Origin: Octopus vulgaris
Taxonomy: Eukaryota
Reading direction: 5' to 3'
Length of the DNA: 64,000 nucleotides
Assembly (NCBI GenBank): GCA_951406725.2
Contig: OX597821.1
Coordinates: forward strand, 110,050,001 to 110,114,000
In this document: positions 54,105 through 64,000 of the stretch, piece by piece
Position numbering within the stretch: position 1 is the stretch's first letter
How the letters are laid out: each line of letters begins with the position of its first letter
Notes under the pieces: generated by a model
What the model saw: only the letters and a program-made list of their open reading frames with translations
What the model was told of the DNA's origin: nothing
Database searches by the model: none
Translations under genes and position numbers: made by a program

Positions 54105-54289
54105 ATGTTTTCAGAAATCTTCACTGAAATCTTCACATAGATTGGATTTGAAGGATCCGCGTCAGTTCTGCGATGTCCTAACAGCCCTGATAATATTAGT
54201 GTTGTTCAACTCGTTGCTAGCACTACGTGTAAATATGGCGGGAGACGCATTGGTACACAGACACACACACATACACACACAGGTTTTCC

Positions 54290-55495
54290 TGCAAATTTGT
54301 TGGTACATAAACTAATGCATCTGTGATTATAGATAAAAATGAAAATTTATAGTCAGGGTACAAGAGCTGTAAGTTCCGCATTAATTCGCCGTAGATGTTT
54401 ACGTTTTCTTAGATCTTTCATTGTACATTTACATCCGCACGGCAGCTGACCCCTACAACAGTGCATGACTCTTGTTCCTTGGCCCCACAGAAGAATATCA
54501 GGTCTGTTATGTTTGTACTGAATTTATGTTTTCATTGGGGTGTTCCACCACTATTCCTTGCTTTTAAAAGTGTGAATATCTGTAGGTTATGATATGCCTT
54601 CCATGTATACACCAAGGCAGTCCTTCCTGCGGATAGCATTGTAAATAATCTTTGCAACTCTATCGGACTCATGGGCAGGTAGCATCTGGTAGACATTTTA
54701 GGGCAGCTGCTGATGATGTGGGCGATATCTTCCATGTATAGCAGAGCTGACATTTATCGCAACGTCAAGGTTTGGTGCTCTTTTTGTCCCTTTTGTTTAT
54801 CAGAAATTTAGTAGCTATCTCCAGTTGCTGGATACCGAAGGCATATCTGTCTAGGTGGGATGTGACGTATCTAACCACAGGTCCGGGAGAAGCTAATCTT
54901 GCTGTTGTTGTCCTCTAGCTGGCAGAAACGTTAGCACGCCGGGCGAAATGCTATGTGGTATTTCGTCCGCCGCTGCGTTCTGAGTTCAGATTCCGCTGAG
55001 GTCGACTTTGCCTTTCATCCTTTCGGGGTCGATTAAATAAGTACCAGTTACGCACTGGGGTCGATATAATCGACTTAATCCGTTTGTATGTCCTTGTTTG
55101 TCCTCTCTGTGTTTAGCCCCTTGTGGGTAGTAAAGAAATAGGTATATGTACCCATGCATAGCTTTTGTTGGTATGGTACCTGTTTCTCCTCCAATCTTCT
55201 GCTTAGATAGGCCAATCCAACCTCATTTGGGTCGCATGAGGCAGTTGTATTCTCAGATTAAATCTGAAGATGTTGCTCTCACTTTTGAGAATGCATGGTA
55301 TATACAGATTTCTTTCTTTACCGTTCAGCAGGTGTTGTCTGAGTGATACAACGCGACATTCAAAGGCTGTTTAGACTGACCTTACGCTTCTACTGTCACC
55401 ACATAAATCTTATTGTTCTCACTATTAATCAGGAAGCTACTAGTGGTGGTTACTACCTTTCCGGTTTTAATATCCAGGTTGCGCACCTCATCCAG
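54290..55495 (-). mobile_element. Degenerate RLE-type (R4/NeSL-like) non-LTR retrotransposon fragment interrupted by SINE B (54917-55141)
   Basis: EDIAHIISSCPKM zinc-finger remnant and HNRPDI endonuclease motif on the minus strand. Confidence 0.6.
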
Positions 55496-55689
55496 ATGTC
55501 AGTGTGTCTGTCTGTCTGTCTGTCTGTATGTATGTCTGTATGTATGTATGTTTGTATGTATGTATGTACGTATGTATGAATGCATATATGTATGCATGTA
55601 TATATGTATGCTTGAATGCATGCATGTACGTATGTATGTAAGTAAGTATGTATGTACGCGTATGCATGTATTATGTTTGTGTATGTATT

Positions 55690-56285
55690 ATGCACGTTCG
55701 TTCGTGGCACTCCGTCGGTTACGACGATGAGGGTTCCAGTTGATCTATGTGTGAATGTATGTATGTATGTATGTATGTATGAATGCATATATGTATGCAT
55801 GTATATATGTATGTTTGAATGCATGTATGTATGCATGTATATATGTATGCTTGAATGCATGCATGTACGTATGTATGTAAGTATGTATGTATGTACATGT
55901 ATGCATGTATTATGTTTGTGTATATATTATGCACGTTCGTTCGTGGCACTCCGTCGGTTACGAGGATGAGGGTTCCAGTTGATCCGATCAACGGAACAGC
56001 CTGCCCGTGAAATTAACGTGCAAGTGGCTAAGCACTCCACAGCCACGTGTACCCTTAACGTAGTACCCGAGGGAGGAGATTCAGCGTGACACAGAGTGAC
56101 ACAAATACAAGTGGAACAGAATCAGGAGAAAGGGTGAGAGAGTACAGCATGGTTCGCCTGCCGGAGCCTCGTGAAGCTTTAGGTGTTTTCGCTCAATAAA
56201 CACTCAGAACGCCCGGTCTAGGAATCGAAAGGGTGATCATCCGACCGCGAGTCAGCTGCCCTAACCACTGGACCATTGCGCCTCC
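55690..56285 (-). mobile_element. tRNA-derived SINE family C with a ~239-bp tandem duplication of its 3' end and flank
   Basis: Minus-strand head GGAGGCGCAATGGTCCAGTGGTTAGG and TTCGATTCC; 55530-55745 resembles 55770-55985. Confidence 0.7.
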
Positions 56286-56626
56286 ACATTATGCATGCAT
56301 GTATATATGTATATATATGTATGTATGTATGTATGTGTGTATGTATGTATGTATGTATGTATGTATGTATGTATGTATGTATGTATGTATGTATGTATGT
56401 ATGTATGTATGTATGTATGTATGTATGTATGTATGTATGTGTGTATGTATGTATGTAGGCCTATGTATATGTTCCTGTTGAAGCGCGTAGCTCAGCGACT
56501 AGCATGTTTTTGGTTTCGATTCCAAAAATGGGCAATGCGTTGTGTTTTAGCATTTTATGTTGCTCCATTTTTACTCAGGTGACAACAATTAAGGAATCCT
56601 GTGATACTTCCAGCGTCTCTCTTTTC

Positions 56627-56666
<40 letters not shown>

Positions 56667-56969
56667 TTCTATATATATATATATATAACAAGGTAATGTT
56701 ATAAGATATATGAAAGAAGGTTTGAAAATGCAATTTTTATAATATTTATTCACTTGATCGTTTTCTAGAAAAAGCTTGTCAAAAGTAAGATGTAAAGCTT
56801 TGTATAAGCTTTGTTGTGTTAAGTACTGGTTGTAACAAAGGTATTAAAATACATAATGCATTCTTTGATAAAAATAAGAAAATGTTAAAAACAATTTACA
56901 AGGAAGTGCTTAAGAAAATATTCCACAAAAAGTATTAGGAGTTCAATAAAAATCATGTTTGTTTGGTAG

Positions 56970-57478
56970 TATGATTTGATTTTGATTTTTATCTAGTTTC
57001 AGCTCATGAGCTGTGGCCATGCTGGGGCACCGCCATTTGGTTTGCTACATGATTTTACCTCGCGAATGCTTTTTAGCAACTGCCATTTGGTGCATGAGAG
57101 AGTTCGATGCAGCTGCCCTCATCTGCACATCCTGCCGTGAAGTTGGTTCATCCGGGACACCTGACAGGAAGAGATCCAGTCCTACTTTAAAGACATCCGC
57201 ATCTACACCATGCAGGTCCGTCAGGTTCTTCGGGAGAATATTGAAGAGCTGTGGGCCTCTGAAGCCCAGGCTATCACAGTATCTTGTCCTACATCTTGAT
57301 GGCAAATTTGGAGTCTTCCAGATATATATTATGGCATATCTTTCTCGCCTACGCTCCAAGGAATAGAGTTTTAATCTCTTGAGTCTTTCCCAGTAGCTTA
57401 TATGCTGCACAGAGGCTATCTTCTTCGTGTAGCTTCGTTGAATCGCCTCAAGTTCTGTGATCAACTTGACACTGGATG
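56970..57478 (-). mobile_element. CR1-group LINE 3' fragment
   Basis: ELEAIQRSYTKKI...YWERLKRLKLYSLERRRERY; (AAATC)n tail. Confidence 0.8.
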
Positions 57479-57639
57479 TATATATATATGTTTTTCATTG
57501 TTTGATTTGCCTAATAGTGGTTTTATCTCTAATTTATTATAATATAATATAATATATTTATATTCTATAAAATTGGATTTAATCCTAAATCTGATTTTTC
57601 CCTGTAAGTTTGGATTTATTCCCTAATATTTTATTATTA

Positions 57640-57683
<44 letters not shown>

Positions 57684-57729
57684 GGAGATATATATTTAAG
57701 AGTTTACAAATAATAAATCTCCTTCAGTA

Positions 57730-57768
<39 letters not shown>

Positions 57769-57770
<2 letters not shown>

Positions 57771-58540
57771 TCTTTTACTCTTTTACTTGTTTCAGTCATT
57801 TGACTGCGGCCATGCTGGAGCACCGCCTTTAATCGAGCAACTCTCCCCGGGACTTATTCTTTTTTAAGCCCAGTACTTATTTTATCGGTGTCTTTTGCCA
57901 AACCGCTAAGTAACGGGGACATAAACACACCAGCATCGGTTGTCAAGCAATGCTAGGGGGACAAACACAGATACACAAACACACACACGCATATATATAT
58001 AAATTCATATATACGACGGGCTTCTTTCAGTTTCCGCCTACCAAATCCACCCATAAGGCTTTGGTCGGCCCGAGGCTATAGTAGAAGACATTTGCCCAAG
58101 GTGCCACGCAGTGGGACTGAACCCGAAACCATGTGGTTGGTAAACAAGCTACTTACCACACAGCCACTCCTATATTTTACTTGTTTCAGACTGTGGCCAT
58201 GCTCGGGCAGCGGCTTAAATAATTTTACTCGTACGAATTGGCCGCATTATTTATTTTTCTTCCTATTTTTTAAGCCTATTACTTACACTGACGGTCTCTT
58301 TTGCCGAAGCACTCTTATGCGGCGTAAACATTCCATCACAGACACGAAACCCATACACAAACACACACACATACAACAAGATTTTTACAGTTTCCACCTA
58401 CCAAATTAACTCACAATGCTTTGGTTGGCCTAAGGCTATTATAGAAGTCACTCGCGCAAGATGCTACACAGTGAGACTGAACCCGGAACTATATCGTTTG
58501 GAGAAGCATACTTCTTACCACACAGCCACGCCTGCACCTG
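57769..58540 (-). mobile_element. SINE family A (young copy to 58170) followed by an older diverged copy
   Basis: Matches family A. Confidence 0.75.
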
Positions 58541-60199
58541 TTGAGAATTGTTTTTTCTCACCGGAACCCGAAAATATTTGGAAAACACTTAAGTTTCTTT
58601 TATAAGATAGAATTCTAAACACGCGTGTTCTAATATTGCTTCACTATTCTCGTTGGTTTTGATTTTGAAAAATAAATAACGATAAATAGAATTGTATGTG
58701 TGCACAAGTTGTAAATGAAAGAATATGATCTGCACTTTACGAAATTGTAATAAAAAGATCATTTGCACTATGGTCGTTGCGGTGAACAGAAAGAATTCAA
58801 ATATTTCTTACATCAATTATGACTAATGCCATCAAGAGGAAATGGCAGCTACTTTAAATGGTCATTCATTGTATCTCTTCAGACCTGAAACATCAGTCTT
58901 TAAATAATGTTATTCCATACAAGAATATTTCTGTCTAACTCGTAACAGCCCTATTAACGAAGAAATTTTCTCATCTGTCACGTTTGACAAGTATATATTC
59001 AAGTATGTTCATAAAGGAAATTATTCTATTCATTTTAATATCGTAGAAATTGATGCAAACGGTGAAGTCATTTACAATGAATTTGACCAAAGTGCTGGTT
59101 CTCGATATATTAATGCTCCAGAAAGTATAATACCTCTGGGTTTTCAAAATGCATGATTAAATCATTCACTCAACGATTTATATATTCATTCTTGATATGT
59201 TTCGGCAGATTCGAACATGAATATGCTAATCGCTGGTGGATTTCGTCACTGGATTACAATTTATTTCAGACGAACGTACGTTTATAATGCACTTGTAGCG
59301 AGGGTTATTGTATGGATGCAATGTGGTTTAAGCTCTGATAATATAAAGTTTTCTGATTAAAATGAGTCAGGATGTGTAGCGATAAGAAAATGCAAAAGCA
59401 AGCTAGAATTTACCGCATTGCGATATTTATTTCCGTCGCTAAAGTGAATACATCAACCGGCACAACAAATAGAACTCTGTCAAAAACTTTAGACGGTTTC
59501 GCAATGGTTCTCGAAGTTGAAGATAAATGTTAAAAGAAACACAAAACATAGCGTCGAAGATTCTAGTTACAAATCTCTTATCGTTAAAGCTGCAAAGTGG
59601 AATGCACTGCTGTCATTGTCGAAGATCCAAAACTCGATCGCAGCAAAACCCACCGCCCTCAGGAATTAAGGGGGAACTCAACCCTTAGATAGTTGATTTT
59701 GGGACGCTTGACCAATCTATCACGTTAATGGGTGGATATCCACGCAAAGCCAAATGGACGTGATAAACCACCTCGCGATAAACCAAATATAGGTAGCTAA
59801 AAGTAAAGATCCGCAATGTGGGTAACTAAAGGTAAAGAGCGATCATGCTTCTGCTACACAATTCATTAGCGAAAGGAGACTTTGGAATATCCGGTGATTC
59901 AACATCATTGTGTCTCCTCAACGAAAGCTACGCTGGTCTAATGAATCTAAGAGTGTGAGACTGGTTTATAATTTCTTATTTACCGATGCGTGCTGATATC
60001 TGCCAGCTAATAATAAATCGTCATGTAACCGTTAAATAGCGATAATGAGAACGACGCCTTATTCAATGTTATTATGTTCCAGAAGAATCGAACGTTGTTA
60101 TTCGCTTACCCCACGTGCTTACATGAACACAGCGCTGGATTAAGCAAAATAAACATTTGCATAGGGCATCAAGGGGGCAGCACAGAAATGGTAAATGGT

Positions 60200-60543
60200 T
60201 TACGACACAAAAGAAATCACATTAAAGTTGCTAAAATAATATTCGGGATGACTTTCTCTGTGCTAAGTATAGATGCAGATGTGTTACATAAGATTAATTT
60301 TGAGAATCTGATTCAAAGACTTTGCAATTCAAAAAAGTAGGAGGAAACTTTTTCAAATACAAATAAAGTGGAAGTATACAAAAATAAACATTCTTTTCAC
60401 TTTTACTGTTTTGTTTCGTTTAGAAAAATAAAAATTCATTTTATGGTTTATTATTGTTTATATTTTGAATTACATAATCTTTTATAGGGGCACGAAAATA
60501 TTTTAAGTGCTTAGGGCCTTGATGGAGCTTAATCCGGTCCTGC
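60200..60543 (+). mobile_element. hAT transposon 3' remnant
   Basis: LSIDADVLHKINFENLIQ..DFA..KKSR resembles the end of a hAT dimerisation domain; the terminus reads CAGGACCGGATTAAG on the minus strand. Confidence 0.5.
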
Positions 60544-61884
60544 ATGAACACCACTTATTGCATGGTTTGCATAAATGTAAAAGAAATAAAAATGGAGACC
60601 AATCTAGAAACGAGGAGTGAAGGTGATTCTCTAATTATTTTCAATCTTTTTGATTTTGTTACTTTCTGTCCAGGAAAGACAGGAGGATCTATAACCGGAC
60701 ACAAGACCTTGAAGTATGGTGAAAGTCAGGGAGGAATATATCCTCAAGCTTGAACCCCGATCCCAATGCTTGCAACAGAGAGGACTCCGCTAAAAGAAAA
60801 AATACCTAATATGGTTGACGGTGTTAAGCCGCGCGAACCAAAGAAATTCAGTGTCCCTACCATCAATTAATATGTACATACCAGTTGCCAGGGATGTGTT
60901 TAATATGTAAATTAGTCTGTCCATTTGTGTTATACTGCTAAACTTAGTGGCTGTTGAAGCAGTGTATTCATGGGTAGTTAATAGGTTAGATGTGGCGTTG
61001 ATAAAAGAGCAACAATACTTGAAATATGGATATACATCCCGCTATTATTTTTTTCTGTCTTCGATCGCATTTTTTACGTATAGGAAACATAATAACTTTC
61101 AGTACTGGCTCTAAATTCTATACAAAATCTGTAGAGATAACTTTTTAAAATGCTAACGCAGGTAGGCTACTATATTGACTTATAAGCCTTCAATATACTT
61201 GGTAATATATGGTAGCAAAACGAAACAGAGTGTTCTTACCAACAATTAAAATAAATAATTGTTTTCGTTGTTCTTTCTTTCTATTTCTGTCGTCCAAAAA
61301 TCTTTACAAAATCATAGCAAAACTATTTTATTTCGTTTTTTTTCTAACTTGGTAACAGAAGTGGCGCACAGATCCGAAACAAACAACGTAATCCATCCCG
61401 TCCGATGTTTTACCCATTTCATTAATTCACCGCCAACAATTAGTCATTTATTTATGAACACTGAAGGCACGGAAAACTAAGTTGATCTGCGCATGCGCAT
61501 GCGTGTGCATGGTGTGTGTGTGTGTGTGTGTGTAAGAATGGATGTCTATTTCATTAGATATTTCTAATTTAGAAAGACGTATACGATAATAGGTGGTCAT
61601 ATATCTTAGAATCTACAACGAAAATTGAAACATCACATCTTAAAGACTGATGTCAGATTTAAGATTAATGGGAGACTATATCAATGGTCTTGGAAGAATT
61701 GCCATTCGTTAGGCAGAAGACAAGCGATAATGGGGTTCTTTATCAAATTTTTAAAAACATTTCTAATCTATTTGTTTCTTAGGTGGGTACTGGTATCAAC
61801 AAGTGTGTGTGTGTGTGTGTGTGTGATGTTGCAGGAAACACGGACTGTTGTGACAAGGTGATGTACAGAGAACAAACGCTTAGA

Positions 61885-62420
61885 AAAATGATGATTGCGA
61901 TGGTAGTGTTGTTGTTGTTGGTGGTGGTGGGCGGGTGGTGGGGTGGGGTGAGGACGCTAATGATGAAGGAAAGAAGGCGGAGAGAGACTAAGATGATGAT
62001 GATGATGATGAGGAGGAGGAGGATGATGATGGTGATGATGGTGATGATATGGAGGTGAAGGAGGAAGTTAATGATGGTCGTGGCAATGATGACAACAACT
62101 ATAGTGATGGTGGTGATGGTGATGACGACGACAATGACGATAATAATGACGACGTTATGATGATAATGATGATGAAGATGATGATGATGATGAGAGGAGG
62201 AGGAGGAGGAGGAAGAGTATGACGATGATGATGATGATGATGATGGCGATGATGATGATGGTGATGATCATGATCAGGGTCATGATAACGATGAACGTCT
62301 TCATAACGATCATCGTCGTCATCATCATCATCATCATCACGATGGTGATGATGATCATGAAGTTGATCGTATCGACGACTACGACGACGATGACGGACGA
62401 TGATGATGATGATGCTAATG
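61885..62420. repeat. Low-complexity (GAT/GGT/GAG)n trinucleotide region
   Basis: Directly visible. Confidence 0.9.
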
Positions 62421-62696
62421 AAGATAAAGGAGACAATCGCCATCCTCTTCTTGCAGTCGATTTTGCAATTTTTGCACCAACACCCCCAGGCATTTAATGG
62501 CTGAAACATTCAAACTTCAGAACAACCTAAATGGGAAAAAAATTCTACATAGATAGGCGTAAGTATTGGTGTGTAGTAAGAAGCTTGCTTCTCAGTCACA
62601 TGGTTCCAGTTTCAAGTCCACTGCCTGACACCTTGGGCAGGTGTCTTCTACTATACCCACCGAGCCGTCCAAAGCCATGTGAGTAGATTTCGTCGT

Positions 62697-62921
62697 GAGC
62701 TGGCAGAAACGTTAGCGCGCCGGGTGAAATGTTTAGCGGTATTTCGTCTGCCGTTACGTTCCGAGTTCAAATTCTGCCGAGGTCGACTTTGCCTTTCATC
62801 CTTTCGGGGTCGATAAATAAAGTACCAGTTACGCACTGGGGTCGATCTAATCGACTTAATCCGTTTGTCTGTCCTTGTTTGTCCCCTCTATTTTTAGCCC
62901 CTTGTGGGCAATAAAGAAATA
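62697..62921 (+). mobile_element. SINE family B
   Basis: Matches 6102-6330; tail GCCCCTTGTGGGCAATAAAGAAAT. Confidence 0.85.
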
Positions 62922-63208
62922 TATATATTAATTGCCTTTAATTGCTTTCTTACATTTCATTCCCACTAAATATATCTATTTCCACGCCTATAAGCTTTAT
63001 TCCCATTCATTTATCGCACTACGTTTCTCTAGTCTTGGTTTTCTGCTATTTTCTTTCTTTCTCCTCCTTCTCTTTCCCTCACTTGCCTTTGACGTTAAAT
63101 CTATTAACACTTTTTTTAAAAAAATAAACTTCACAGCGTTCCCTTCATTATATACGCAGTAATCACATTCGGTTAAAATGGCTTATTGATGTGTTTTGTT
63201 TCACTTTT

Positions 63209-63296
63209 TTTTCCTGATGAGAAGATCCCATTGTTTTACATCATTCTATTTCCTCTCGAATAATACCAATGTTTTCTTCGAAACATATGTCGGAAG
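63209..63296 (+). ncRNA. Type I hammerhead ribozyme, intact core, long stem II
   Basis: ttttc-CTGATGA-gaaga..cattg...caatg..tcttc-GAAAC-atat-GTC-ggaag; stem III is the palindrome ACATATGT. Confidence 0.8.
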
Positions 63297-63489
63297 TATA
63301 AGGACTTGAATAACACCTACGTCCACCTCCATTTCTTAATTCATCTGTTATACAAAAACATTTCACTAAACCCTGGAATTTCTACATTTATAAGTAGGCT
63401 GTAACATCCTTGGTACTTAAGTGAATTGTTGCTACCCTGGTAACTATTTTTTTCCGTGTTATTTGTACACATTAAAAAAATACACATAC

Positions 63490-63556
<67 letters not shown>

Positions 63557-63648
63557 CATGTATGTATGTATATATATGTATATATATGTATATATGTATA
63601 TATATGTATATATGTATATATATACTTTGATACTTTGATACTTTGATA

Positions 63649-63731
<83 letters not shown>

Positions 63732-63857
63732 AAGGGGTATCTGGGTATATATTAATGCTGATATACACGTGCCTTAGAGATTAGTAGTTATATTATTTAA
63801 ATATATAGTTATGCATTACATAATATATATGTGTGGATAGCCTTTGTATTATATATG

Positions 63858-63933
<76 letters not shown>

Positions 63934-64000
63934 CATACGTGCATATATACATGTTATGTGTATGTGTGTATATGTATATATATCATAGACAGTCAGATAG

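Larger units (their letters stand above)
52317..54263. mobile_element. Element bounded by ~99-bp inverted repeats (MITE/DNA transposon-like), hosting the hammerhead elements
   Basis: 52317-52415 is the reverse complement of 54165-54263 with few mismatches. Confidence 0.6.

Noticed and set aside
62099-62509. His/Asp-rich or hydrophobic ORF behind a possible minus-strand splice acceptor (MPGGVGAKIAKST...)
   Set aside because: Mostly trinucleotide repeat, with no recognisable domain and no supporting donor site; cannot be supported.
63622-63648. (TACTTTGA)3 as a regulatory repeat
   Set aside because: It is the reverse complement of the CR1-like tail at 42964-42988, i.e. an orphan tail.

Overview
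AT-rich, microsatellite-dense eukaryotic DNA made almost entirely of repeats and transposon remnants. The SINE families and simple repeats resemble an octopus (coleoid cephalopod) genome; this is inferred from recognition, not a search. No intact host gene is supportable. Contents: two inverted copies of one dead, 5'-truncated RTE LINE plus flanks (1-3697 and ~29983-34423); several non-autonomous Helitron-type elements (TC...hairpin-CTAG); a ~7-kb 29/23-bp AT satellite; a 16-unit GC-rich 70-bp hairpin array; nested Tc1/mariner elements (DD41D inside DD34D); three tRNA-derived SINE families; CR1-, R4- and hAT-like fragments; and one 100-N gap. Two things stand out. (1) Two TSD-flanked retroelements (27605-29390, 48529-50724) encode only a gag-like zinc-knuckle ORF1 with no RT. 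They are homologous but divergent, and a third fragment lies at ~20779. One ends in the same 3' tail as an abundant SINE. (2) About ten minimal type I hammerhead-ribozyme motifs sit in short non-coding, (TA)n-embedded elements of Penelope/retrozyme type. These include near-perfect long fold-backs and a circularly permuted 576-bp monomer.
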